A stretch of DNA of 46,574 nucleotides from Candidatus Zambryskiibacteriota bacterium (GTDB taxonomy: Bacteria > Patescibacteriota > Minisyncoccia > Phycocordibacterales > DATDWN01): contig JAPLZY010000009.1 of the NCBI GenBank assembly GCA_026394775.1, positions 1-46,574 on the forward strand, read 5' to 3'. Each line of letters opens with the position of its first letter. Position 1 is the first letter of the stretch. The translations under genes and the position numbers were made by a program. Positions 9,215 through 18,489 of the stretch are shown here, piece after piece. The notes under the pieces are model-generated. The model worked only from the letters and a program-made list of their open reading frames with translations, did no database searches and was not told where the DNA came from.

Positions 9215-9637
9215 ATCCCCTTTCTCCCCTCTAGTTATCGGATTTGAACTCTCATTAATATCGAGACTCCATGTAAGCTCTTTGAGCTTACTATCAGAAA
9301 GTCTTGGGACATATACTTGAGCAGGTGCTACAACGTCATTTTTTGTTTCTATAACACGGTCTCTTTTTTTCCATATATACAACTTTTCTCCCATGTAATA
9401 CATTATACCCGCCTCAAGGAGGTCAACAAACGGCTTATTATTGTGTTTGTAAAAAGCCAATGCGAGAGAAAGTGCTCCAACAGAGGCGATAACTATCACA
9501 GAAAATACGAGAGGCAAGAAATTATATGCCACTATAGACATACCCGCTCCCCCCGCAAGGTAGAGAAATTGCTTCAAGGTAAGTGGTCCTACTATTTTGT
9601 CTTCTATTTCGATAAATTGTGGAACTTGGAATCGCAT
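9200..9637 (-). CDS. prgI: PrgI-family protein (VirB3-like)
   Basis: MRFQVPQFIEIEDKIVGPLTLKQF followed by two TM helices. Confidence 0.88.
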   Translation of the reverse strand: MRFQVPQFIEIEDKIVGPLTLKQFLYLAGGAGMSIVAYNFLPLVFSVIVIASVGALSLALAFYKHNNKPFVDLLEAGIMYYMGEKLYIWKKRDRVIETKNDVVAPAQVYVPRLSDSKLKELTWSLDINESSNPITRGEKGDKFQI

Positions 9638-9650
9638 AATTTAAATATAT

Positions 9651-9762
9651 ATACGAATATACGAATAATTCGAATCTACGAATGAATACGAATAGATGCA
9701 TTTATTCGTAACCATTCGTAAGTATTCAATTCGTATATTCGTATGTTTTCGCATATTAGTAT
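9651..9762. repeat. TACGAAT/ATTCGTA inverted micro-repeat array, copy 1
   Basis: About five (A)CGAAT units followed by about six ATTCGTA-like units. Confidence 0.85.
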
Positions 9763-9763
9763 G

Positions 9764-10474
9764 TTAATCTATTGGTTCTCTGTAAGGGTCTGTACTGTAG
9801 GTTCGAGTAGGTGGCGCATCAGTAGAAAAAGATGGTTTGGTTGGCTCTGTTAGCTTGTTTTGAATAAAAGAAGTGGGTTTTGTGGGTATAGGTATTGAAG
9901 GTGCAGCCGGTGTTTTAAAGCTGTATTGCTCTGTGCTTTGCACAGGCTTTTCTATCGGTTCTGCAGGTTTCGATTCCGTAACCTGATCTTCCAAAAGCCA
10001 ATGTGTTTGAGCTCTCTCCATTTCTTGTGGAGACTGTGTGTTTGAAAAAGATTCTATTTCTTCTCCTGGAAGATTTGGTGGGGGTATGTCGAGGGTATTT
10101 TCGGTCTCTAGTTTAAAAAACTCTGATGTATTTTTTGTAGAAGCTGAAATTGAAACATTGTTTTTACTTTGTTCTATCTGTTTAGTTATTGGAGCAATGA
10201 TTCGATTTTCTATTTCTTCTGCAATTTGGTCTGATAGTATTTTTGAAACACCGAGTTCAGTCTCAATGTTTATACTCAAATCTTCTTGTGGCTCCATTCC
10301 TACCAAAACAAATAAAACTTCAAAGCCAATATCCTTTACCTGGTCTTCAGAAAGTGAGTATTTTTTACCTATATCTCCTACCTTAGATTCCCAGCTTGCA
10401 CGAGAAATAATTTCACGTACGCGTGGAGGAAGTTTATCTAAGTATGATGCTATTTCTTGGATTACTTCGTTCAT
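9764..10474 (-). CDS. Hypothetical protein (helical N-terminus, low-complexity linker, DPYREPI C-terminus)
   Basis: 236-aa ORF, operonic within the cluster. Confidence 0.7.
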   Translation of the reverse strand: MNEVIQEIASYLDKLPPRVREIISRASWESKVGDIGKKYSLSEDQVKDIGFEVLFVLVGMEPQEDLSINIETELGVSKILSDQIAEEIENRIIAPITKQIEQSKNNVSISASTKNTSEFFKLETENTLDIPPPNLPGEEIESFSNTQSPQEMERAQTHWLLEDQVTESKPAEPIEKPVQSTEQYSFKTPAAPSIPIPTKPTSFIQNKLTEPTKPSFSTDAPPTRTYSTDPYREPID

Positions 10475-10479
10475 GTGGG

Positions 10480-12825
10480 TTAAGGTGTTGAAGTTGGTGG
10501 AGGGGTGGGAGCTGCAGGGGTCACAGGATCAGGTGTGGTTGTCTTATCGTCAATTTCTTTTTGAGCCTTTAAGGCTTTCTTAAGAAGATCTTCCGGCTTT
10601 TCTTCTGCTTTTGCGAGTTTTTTTGCAGCTCGTGCACGTCTCTTACTGTATTCTCTATCAATTAAAACATTTGGAAGTCCGCTAAATAGGCCAGTCTTAC
10701 CTTCAACTCGCTTCGCATAAGCAAGGATATTTTTGTTTGATGTACTAGTAACTGCTTTTTCTTTACCACCGCCCTTAATGTTTCTCTCACTTCTTCCTCC
10801 TGCATCAGCAATAAGTTTTTCATACTCAGGAGAAATCCATGTGTTGTCAGTAAATTCTTTTGACTCAAGTTCAAGTTTAGTAAGAATTTCTGTTCTCTCA
10901 ATAGAGGTTAAGGCTTTTTTCTTTTGACTTACTTTTAATGCAAAGTCAGAAAGCTCGTTTATAAGAGTTGGAATCTTTTTTTCTTCTTCTGCTAAGTCGG
11001 CAGTTTCTGTGACTATAGACAGTCCAGCAAGTTTGCCAACCGCAATATCATCTTTAAGTTTTTTAATTTTAGCTTCAGTATCTTTTTTCGCTTGCTCAGC
11101 CAAATCTTTCTTTGTCCCAAGGTCTGCAATTTCAGACTCAAGTGTGGTAATACCAAGTCGAGTTTTTTCTTGCAGTAGTTCAGCCATAACTACGGTCTGA
11201 CGAGCGTCTTTTTTATCACTTTCAATGCTTGGATTAGCTTTAATTGCTTTCTCGTATTCATCTCGGAGCTCTTTGTTATTCTCTACCTGTGTTTCAGAAA
11301 TTTTAAACTGATCCGCACGTTCTTTGTCTTTCTTTGTCTGTTCTTTTAGTTTATCCTCGACATATCCCTTATATCCTTTTTGACCAGCACCTTTTCCAAA
11401 ACTACCAATTTTTCCTAATCCCCCTATGTCCCCTGTCGCCATTTCCATGGTTTTTGTATTTCGTGCATCAAAAGATGAAGCTGCAAGTTTGTTTCCTGCA
11501 AGAAGTTTAAAGCGTGCTACTTTGTCTCCTGCTGCAGCGCGATTTTGCAAATCAACATTATTTGCAACTGAGGATCCATATCTTCCTAATGTAGATCTTC
11601 CTGCCCACGCAGCACCTCCAAACACCGCTCCTCCTAAGTATGCCTGACCTTTGCCGAGCATATCGTTTGTCACCATTGATCCTTTTGTTGCAGCCTTTTT
11701 TGCTTCAATAAGAGACATGAGTAAAAGAGCAATCAGGATAATAAAATTAATAATTACGGATAGTGAATCAGAGTCTTTGATTGTAAAAGCTGTGCCAAGG
11801 CTTCCAGAGCTTTGGCTTGCAATTCCCCCTGGACCCATAAGGCGTAAGATAAGCCATGTGTAGAGCATATATAATGGTCCAAAAATAGCTTGTGCAGAAA
11901 GCGTACCCCAATATTTTTTTTGTAAGTCTTCGAGTCCAGGGATAGCAAGTGCTAAAAAAGCAAGTGGAGACATGATGAGTAGAACAATAAAAACGACAAA
12001 TCTCAGCACAAACAAGACACTAATAGCAAGAAAAACAAAACACGCAATAAGTATGAAGATAATAGTTCCTATATAAAATATAAGTAGTTTTCCGCTGTCG
12101 TCAAAACTGGTGTTAAGTGCATCGCTAGCACCACTTGCGTCAAAAGCCCCACTGAGTCCAAGCGGTGTCATTAGAGCGGTAGAAAAACCTGATTGAAGAT
12201 TGCCATTATTTACTGATGCACTAATAGAGTTATAAAATCCAAGAGTGGCTATGTTTGAAGCGTCGAGAACCACTTTAGTAAAAAAGAGACTGAAGTTTAC
12301 AAGAAGTGCTGCGGTAATAATTCCTACGATGACTTTTTTAACATCCGTACTTGAAGTTCCTAATACCATGCGAATGCCGTGGTACAGGAGAATAAATATA
12401 TAAGCCATGTTCCCTAGGTCTCGTATGGTTTTCCATACACCATTTATTGCTTTAATATTATCTATTTCTGATGAAAAATTGACCACTGTACGTATCATCA
12501 CTTGGTCAAGTAAAAGACCAGCGAGACCAAGTAGTCCCGCGACAATTTTCATTGTTGTAAAAAGGATTGGTCTGAGTAAAAGTGCCTGGAAGTCAAATGC
12601 TGTCCAAAAAGCGGTTGATGCAGCGTCTTTAGTGCCTTGTACAGGATCTATTTTAGGACTAGCTTCAGGAAACTGAGACTGACAAGCCTCAACATTAGTG
12701 CCTGATCTAATACATTCAGCATAGTTAGTAGGATCTGCAGCGTACCCGACAACAGGAATCATCCCAACACCCAAGAGTGAGAGAAAAAGAAGAGATATTC
12801 CTATTTTTTGTGCAACAAACTTCAT
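10480..12825 (-). CDS. VirB6/TrbL-like polytopic membrane protein with coiled-coil C-terminus
   Basis: WKTIRDLGN, ALLVNFSLFFTKVVLD, LRFVVFIVLLIMSPLAF; multiple TM helices; located in the T4SS-like cluster. Confidence 0.75.
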   Translation of the reverse strand: MKFVAQKIGISLLFLSLLGVGMIPVVGYAADPTNYAECIRSGTNVEACQSQFPEASPKIDPVQGTKDAASTAFWTAFDFQALLLRPILFTTMKIVAGLLGLAGLLLDQVMIRTVVNFSSEIDNIKAINGVWKTIRDLGNMAYIFILLYHGIRMVLGTSSTDVKKVIVGIITAALLVNFSLFFTKVVLDASNIATLGFYNSISASVNNGNLQSGFSTALMTPLGLSGAFDASGASDALNTSFDDSGKLLIFYIGTIIFILIACFVFLAISVLFVLRFVVFIVLLIMSPLAFLALAIPGLEDLQKKYWGTLSAQAIFGPLYMLYTWLILRLMGPGGIASQSSGSLGTAFTIKDSDSLSVIINFIILIALLLMSLIEAKKAATKGSMVTNDMLGKGQAYLGGAVFGGAAWAGRSTLGRYGSSVANNVDLQNRAAAGDKVARFKLLAGNKLAASSFDARNTKTMEMATGDIGGLGKIGSFGKGAGQKGYKGYVEDKLKEQTKKDKERADQFKISETQVENNKELRDEYEKAIKANPSIESDKKDARQTVVMAELLQEKTRLGITTLESEIADLGTKKDLAEQAKKDTEAKIKKLKDDIAVGKLAGLSIVTETADLAEEEKKIPTLINELSDFALKVSQKKKALTSIERTEILTKLELESKEFTDNTWISPEYEKLIADAGGRSERNIKGGGKEKAVTSTSNKNILAYAKRVEGKTGLFSGLPNVLIDREYSKRRARAAKKLAKAEEKPEDLLKKALKAQKEIDDKTTTPDPVTPAAPTPPPTSTP

Positions 12826-12833
12826 TATATTTA

Positions 12834-14270
12834 TTAGTTTTCAGGAGGATTGTTTTGGTTGTTTTCTGGTTGTGGACAACCTGTATCAGATCCACCGGAG
12901 CTTAACTGGCAGTCGTAGAGTGCTCTGTCGATCAGTGCTTGTCTACGTATGTCCGCTTCATTTGGTGGTGTATAAGGAGAAGTAGCTTGTCCACCAGTAA
13001 GAACTGGTTGAAACTGTGCAGGTACGGTACCTTCAATGGCTGCTCTTTCTGCTTGGAAGCTTGCTTCGGTTGATGACTGTTGGAGCTGGTTTAGGTAGCT
13101 ACTTTGTTCACCAGTTTGTGTCTTACTCAAACCTCGAAGACCTCCTTTGACACTATTGAATGTTCGTTCAACAAGTTGATTCATAAGTGCACTAACAACT
13201 TGGTTGATAGAGTTGGTAAGTTCAAGAGTTGTTTCACTGCTGTTGAGGGATTTTGTAAGTTTTTCAGAGATCACGCTTCCAGGAGTCACTGTTTGTTTGG
13301 TCACTGTACAGTCGTTAGGGTTTTCGTTTAAGTATGCTCTTGTTGCTGCCGCTACAGCAGGGTCGTTGTTTATGTTTGAGCCAAGCCCAACCGTATCAGT
13401 TCCAATTACGTTAGTGGGTAGGTTAAGAGGGTTGTCGTTAATGGCGAGTCCTGTCAGGGTAGTTCTTGCGCCCGGGGTAAGGCTTGGAGGAGCATTTAAT
13501 CCTCCAGGAAGTCTAACTTCAGCTCGAGTCTTACCTGGAGGACATACTTCATAGGAGAGAAAACCTTTACCTTGTAAGAGTTGTTTATCGTATTTTGTAT
13601 TTTCTATGCCCACTCGAAGAGAGAGCTGTTTAGATGCGTCTACATATGCCCCATAAGGGTTGTTCTGGTTTTCTTGGGTCATAGTGAGCCATGCGTCCCA
13701 ACCCCCCTTACTGAAATCTTTGGTAAAGTTTTCAAAGTTTGCTCCGATTCTTGAAAATGTACACTGAGAATTAAACTGGTCTTCCTGGAGGTAGTTTTTT
13801 ACAAGAGCAAGTCTAACTTGAGGTCGAAACGCAGAACAGAGCACGTTTAGTTTAGAACCTGGACCTAAAAAGTATTCAGCTGCTGTTCGGTCCCCTACAT
13901 CTTGGAAAAACTGCCCAGGGTCTGTAACGAATGCAGGGTTACCTTGAAACCCGGTGTTGATCCAATTTACAGTCTGAGCGGTCAGTTTACGGAGGATAGC
14001 TCGAGCAAAAGCTGTGGCAACTGTGTCGAGTACGTATGTCTTCATAAAATCTGCTACACCGGTCGATGCGCTAATTGAATCTGCCACTGCGCTTACGCCA
14101 CTTGAAGCAGCTGTAATAGTGCTTTGTACTACATTAGACCAGTCAAATACAGGCAAACCTGCATCTGTTTTTTTAGGAGGTATTGCAAAAAAAATGATCG
14201 GCACAAGAAGAAGTGTGATGAAAACACTTGACACTGTTTTTTTAAAGAAAAATGAGTTGCGTCTTTGCAT
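12834..14270 (-). CDS. Secreted T4SS-cluster protein; mature N-terminus resembles VirB5/TrbJ
   Basis: Signal peptide then AGLPVFDWSN; TVNWINTGFQGNPAFV, GGWDAW, NNPYG, TPGSVI motifs. Confidence 0.6.
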   Translation of the reverse strand: MQRRNSFFFKKTVSSVFITLLLVPIIFFAIPPKKTDAGLPVFDWSNVVQSTITAASSGVSAVADSISASTGVADFMKTYVLDTVATAFARAILRKLTAQTVNWINTGFQGNPAFVTDPGQFFQDVGDRTAAEYFLGPGSKLNVLCSAFRPQVRLALVKNYLQEDQFNSQCTFSRIGANFENFTKDFSKGGWDAWLTMTQENQNNPYGAYVDASKQLSLRVGIENTKYDKQLLQGKGFLSYEVCPPGKTRAEVRLPGGLNAPPSLTPGARTTLTGLAINDNPLNLPTNVIGTDTVGLGSNINNDPAVAAATRAYLNENPNDCTVTKQTVTPGSVISEKLTKSLNSSETTLELTNSINQVVSALMNQLVERTFNSVKGGLRGLSKTQTGEQSSYLNQLQQSSTEASFQAERAAIEGTVPAQFQPVLTGGQATSPYTPPNEADIRRQALIDRALYDCQLSSGGSDTGCPQPENNQNNPPEN

Positions 14271-14351
14271 AAAATATAGCTCTTATTATATAAGATATGC
14301 TACTTATTTCATAGAACAAATCAGGTTTTCTGTTGAAAAGTATTTAAGAGA

Positions 14352-15260
14352 TTACTCTTTAAAATAGTTCTGCACAGCCTCATATCCTATTTTTAGAGTC
14401 AATGCGTTTTTTTTGTAGTGTGCATAGCCAATATAGCCCCTCATTGGGTCATCGATCATTTGGCGCATCTCTACGAGGTCTGTGTATACAGCCGAGAGTC
14501 CATTGAGGTAAATCATATGGTCTGGTGCAAGAGTTCTTGGTACCTTGAGTTTGAGTGTATCTGAAATAATGTTTTTGTACGCTGTTATGATTGGATCTAG
14601 TTCCTTAATGTCTGCTGGATTTTGACTTTCAAGGGTTTTTAACAAAATATCGATCTCATTTTTCTTGGATTTAGGTGAATTTTTTCGCAATGTGTATATA
14701 AAAGCGTCTAAATAGATGTTTTTTGATTCTGTGGTCTCGGGCACAACTATAATATCTTTTATATTATATTTTTTCGCGGCCGATTCTACAGGGATATTTT
14801 GCATTACAGACTCTGCTATTTGAAGAGCTGTTTCTGGAGTCACCTCTTGATTTCCTTTTTTAGCAAGTAGGTACTGGCTAAAAAAATTCCTCGATACCTG
14901 ACCCGTAAGAGTACTCTCTTCACCAGAAAGTGTGGTTGTTGTCAGCACATTTTGATTTTCGGTCGCAATATCATTTGGACCAGGCTTTTTTGGGTCTCTG
15001 TTTTGTGCAACTTCGTCACTGTCGGGCGCTCCATCTCCGTCTGTATCTTTCATATTTGGATCAGTTCCTATCAACTGCTCCTCCCAATCCTTCAAACCAT
15101 CCCCGTCTGTATCGGATTCTGGTTTTTTCTCTGTTTTATCTACTAAAGCAGCAATGTTTTGTGTTGCAGGGTTTGCGGATGTGCTTTTTACCACAATCCA
15201 AATAGAGAAAATAGCGCCAAAACAAATGATTAAAGTTACTAACACTTTTGTGTGTTTCAT
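14352..15260 (-). CDS. Membrane-anchored protein with DxDGDG calcium-binding (thrombospondin type 3-like) repeats
   Basis: DTDGDGLKDWEE...GTDP...DTDGDG. Start taken at MKHTK. Confidence 0.75.
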   Translation of the reverse strand: MKHTKVLVTLIICFGAIFSIWIVVKSTSANPATQNIAALVDKTEKKPESDTDGDGLKDWEEQLIGTDPNMKDTDGDGAPDSDEVAQNRDPKKPGPNDIATENQNVLTTTTLSGEESTLTGQVSRNFFSQYLLAKKGNQEVTPETALQIAESVMQNIPVESAAKKYNIKDIIVVPETTESKNIYLDAFIYTLRKNSPKSKKNEIDILLKTLESQNPADIKELDPIITAYKNIISDTLKLKVPRTLAPDHMIYLNGLSAVYTDLVEMRQMIDDPMRGYIGYAHYKKNALTLKIGYEAVQNYFKE

Positions 15261-15319
15261 GATACAGATTAGTATAACACAATGGTATAATAGAGCGGTA
15301 TTAACAGTAAAACTTTTAT

Positions 15320-17530
15320 ATGAAAAAAATAATCCCATACCTATTACTTACTTTATGTGCACTTATTCCATTTGTTTCTAGTGCTCAAACAACATCATTT
15401 GCTCGATGTACGGGCGAAGTGCGTACTGACCCAGATGCAGCACAGAACTGTGTGAATAATGCTATTGCACAAGGAAGAGCACTTGGGTACAACATTGATT
15501 GTAAGGTTGAAAAATTAGGGCTCGGAGGTTTTGTTGACCCTACTTCAAACCAGGATTATATTTTAAACGGTGTGTGTACAGTAAATGGCTCGACTGGACA
15601 CGGTGCATATCTTCTTGCAGGTTTTCAGGCAGCTCCGGGAAGTAATGCAGTAATACAGAGTATCAACCCAGGATGGGATATTTTAAAAGGAGAGCTTGCG
15701 TTTGAAGCGGCTTCTCGTATGTGTGGTGAAAATACATACTATGTAAATGGTGCGTATACTTGTACTAAACCCCCTCAGCCAGAACGACTTCCTGTTACTG
15801 GATCGACACGACTAACATCGAGTACATCTGGTTCTGCGGCTGCTCAGCAGGTGTATCAGGCGATTTTTGATACAAATCATTCACTTGTTCAAAATATACT
15901 CGGAAGATACGATAATTATGCAGGAACTATGCTCGCCCCCTCTCCAGGAACTAGGCAGGTAGACTCTCAGTGTTATGCTTTTAACAAAACAATCAATTCG
16001 GGTGACGCAGGTACAGATGTCCTCGCGCTCACTACAGCCCTCAAACAAGAAGGCTTTCTTTCAGATACAGGGTCACTATTTGATGTTGATGTTATGGTTG
16101 CTGTAAAAAGATTTCAAGAAAAACACGCCACTGAAATATTGACCATGCTCGGCCTTACTCAGGGTACCGGTGTTGTAGGTGACCGTACACGAGCGTATTT
16201 AAATACATTGTGTATCAAAATCCCTACATCAGGAGCTACATCTTCTGTCAGGGTGCCGACACCGCTTCCTGTTCCTACTACCCCAACAACTCCGTCATGT
16301 ACCCCAACAGTATCTCAAAATTCAGGTATTAAAAATGGCGCCTACCGCTACACCTTTACTCGAAATACCGATGGTAAATATGTGGTAACTCTCAATAACC
16401 CTGCATACAGCACTGTTTCGGATCAATACTACGTAAAACCAAACTATTCGTTCACTGTTAGTTCTGCGGCTGAACTAAACACTCAAAACCAAGGGCACTT
16501 CAACTATGCTTTGACCCTTCCGAATAATTCAGCAGGAATTGTTGAATATCAGAACCTTTTCGGGTCATTTAATAATGCGTACTATGAATGGGATAATATG
16601 GTTAAAGGTTTGTCTGCTTCAACGTGTACACCGACAACTCCCACAACACCTACGACACCCACTACACCTACAGCAGTGACACCAAATTTGGTTCGATTTG
16701 TTAAGGTTTCTGTTGCGGATTGGGATACCTTACCTCTTGCTCTGAGAGAAATAAGCGTATTAGGTAAAAATAATAGTGTTATAAGAGTAGCGTCAGTCAG
16801 TGCAACAGATTTTGACAGAGTCGGATTTCAGCCTCCTGCAAACTTGCTAGATGGTAATGAAAACACTATCTGGCGAGCAACAAAAAGTGTCTCAACTTGT
16901 GTAAACGGTACAAGTCCATGTGAGACAGACGGAGATCTTCAGGTTATTACACTTGACCTTGGCTCTGCTGTAGAGATTGAGTCTGTGAAGGTGGTAAACT
17001 ATGCGTTTACTGATACTCGAGTATTTGTTATTGAAGTAAGTCGGGATGGAAATACATACAGTCAGCTTACTGAAGTTCGTGCACGAGCTTCTGCCCCGAT
17101 CTCAGACAAGGGTGTGGTATTCGGTCAAATGATTTCTTTGACAACAAATAGCCCACTTCCTCTTTTGCCAAGTCAGAGTACTAATATTAATCCAGTAACA
17201 AATCAGTGTTATGTTTTCTCTGAAACGTTGAGACGTGGTGACTCAGGTTCTGGTGTGCTTGCGCTCAGTATACTCTTGAAAAAAGAAGGTTTCCTTCCAG
17301 ATACCACAATATTTTTCGATGAAGCGTTTAAGACAGCGGTTATACGATTCCAGGAAGAGCATGCGGATGAAATATTAAGACCTCTTGGGCTTACACAAGG
17401 TACAGGGCTTGTGGGTGAAAGTACACGATCATATCTCAACACACAATGTGTCGATTCTGCAGTAGTGGCACGACAAGCGACTGCCCCGAGTGTTCCATCG
17501 GCGCCAGCACCGCAAGGAGCAGCATATTAA
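15320..17530 (+). CDS. Secreted protein with two peptidoglycan-binding domains, discoidin/F5-8-like domain and PTT linkers
   Basis: Two QCYxF...GDxG..V.AL...LK.EGFL...AV.RFQ...GLTQGTG.VG..TR.YLN units; NLLDGNENTIW...ITLDLG...IEVSRDG; (PTT)n. Confidence 0.8.
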   Translation: MKKIIPYLLLTLCALIPFVSSAQTTSFARCTGEVRTDPDAAQNCVNNAIAQGRALGYNIDCKVEKLGLGGFVDPTSNQDYILNGVCTVNGSTGHGAYLLAGFQAAPGSNAVIQSINPGWDILKGELAFEAASRMCGENTYYVNGAYTCTKPPQPERLPVTGSTRLTSSTSGSAAAQQVYQAIFDTNHSLVQNILGRYDNYAGTMLAPSPGTRQVDSQCYAFNKTINSGDAGTDVLALTTALKQEGFLSDTGSLFDVDVMVAVKRFQEKHATEILTMLGLTQGTGVVGDRTRAYLNTLCIKIPTSGATSSVRVPTPLPVPTTPTTPSCTPTVSQNSGIKNGAYRYTFTRNTDGKYVVTLNNPAYSTVSDQYYVKPNYSFTVSSAAELNTQNQGHFNYALTLPNNSAGIVEYQNLFGSFNNAYYEWDNMVKGLSASTCTPTTPTTPTTPTTPTAVTPNLVRFVKVSVADWDTLPLALREISVLGKNNSVIRVASVSATDFDRVGFQPPANLLDGNENTIWRATKSVSTCVNGTSPCETDGDLQVITLDLGSAVEIESVKVVNYAFTDTRVFVIEVSRDGNTYSQLTEVRARASAPISDKGVVFGQMISLTTNSPLPLLPSQSTNINPVTNQCYVFSETLRRGDSGSGVLALSILLKKEGFLPDTTIFFDEAFKTAVIRFQEEHADEILRPLGLTQGTGLVGESTRSYLNTQCVDSAVVARQATAPSVPSAPAPQGAAY

Positions 17531-18315
17531 GCAGTTTGAGAAATAAGTTTCTTTACAAGTTCTACCCACTGATCAATAGATAAATCCTCACCACGAACCT
17601 CAAGGGGTAAAGAAAGTTCGGTAAAGACACGTGAAAGAGTGTCTTTTTCGTATAGATCTTTCAGGTTTGAAATCAATATCTTCCTTTTGTGTCCCAGTCC
17701 TATTTTAACAATCTTAAAAAAATCATCCCTTTCTCCAGCTTCTAGTTTCTGACCCCCAACTTCTATATGTATGATTGCAGAATCTACGTTTGGTATTGGG
17801 AAAAATGAGCCGCGTTTAACTACAGAAACAAGTGAAGGTACGCCAAACACCTTAACTGAAAGAGAGAGTACGCCTTCTTTCTTGTCTTTCGCGACAATAC
17901 GTAGGGCAACTTCTTTTTGTACCAAAAGAGTCATGCTTGTTGGTTGTTTTTTGTGTTCCAAAAAGAGTCGCATGATCTCGCCTGTAATGTAGTATGGTAT
18001 GTTTGCAACTACAGAGTAGGGCCCTTTTATTATTTTTTCAATGTCGGTAGTTAGAATATCCCCTGGTGCTATAGTAAGTTGTTTATTCTCAATTTCTGCG
18101 TTAAAAGTTTCAGAAAGAAGAGGTATCATGCGTTCATCTTTTTCCACTACAACCACAGAGGCACCAGTCTTAAGGATCGCTTTCGTGAGGACACCTTTTC
18201 CTGGCCCTATTTCAAGTACCGTATCCCCTGTATGAGCACCAGAAGCTTCTACCATGTGATGCACCGCCGCTTCTGATGTGAGAAAATGTTGCCCGAGTGA
18301 CTTTTTAGCTTTCAT
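17527..18315 (-). CDS. rsmA: 16S rRNA adenine dimethyltransferase
   Basis: KKSLGQHFL, VLEIGPGKG, ANIPYYIT, FFPIPNVDS. Confidence 0.97.
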   Translation of the reverse strand: MKAKKSLGQHFLTSEAAVHHMVEASGAHTGDTVLEIGPGKGVLTKAILKTGASVVVVEKDERMIPLLSETFNAEIENKQLTIAPGDILTTDIEKIIKGPYSVVANIPYYITGEIMRLFLEHKKQPTSMTLLVQKEVALRIVAKDKKEGVLSLSVKVFGVPSLVSVVKRGSFFPIPNVDSAIIHIEVGGQKLEAGERDDFFKIVKIGLGHKRKILISNLKDLYEKDTLSRVFTELSLPLEVRGEDLSIDQWVELVKKLISQTA

Positions 18316-18365
18316 CTCAATACTCTATCATACTGTTAAAAACTTTTATGCATAGGTTTTGAAGT

Positions 18366-18488
18366 TAGTAACTCAATATCTGAGCAAAGTTCTAGGTGGA
18401 CAAGAAAAATAATTTGAGGCGTACTAATGTACGATGAGAATTATTTTTTGAAGTCCAACAACGAAATTTGCCAGATATGGGGTTACTA
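18366..18488. repeat. Structured repeat family 1, copy 2
   Basis: Near-identical core to 4561-4663, with a compensatory ATATCTG/CAGATAT pair. Confidence 0.9.
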
Positions 18489-18489
18489 T

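Noticed and set aside
9651-9762. Micro-repeat arrays as a CRISPR array
   Set aside because: Units are 7-10 nt, inverted about a centre, with no unique spacers and no cas genes in the window.
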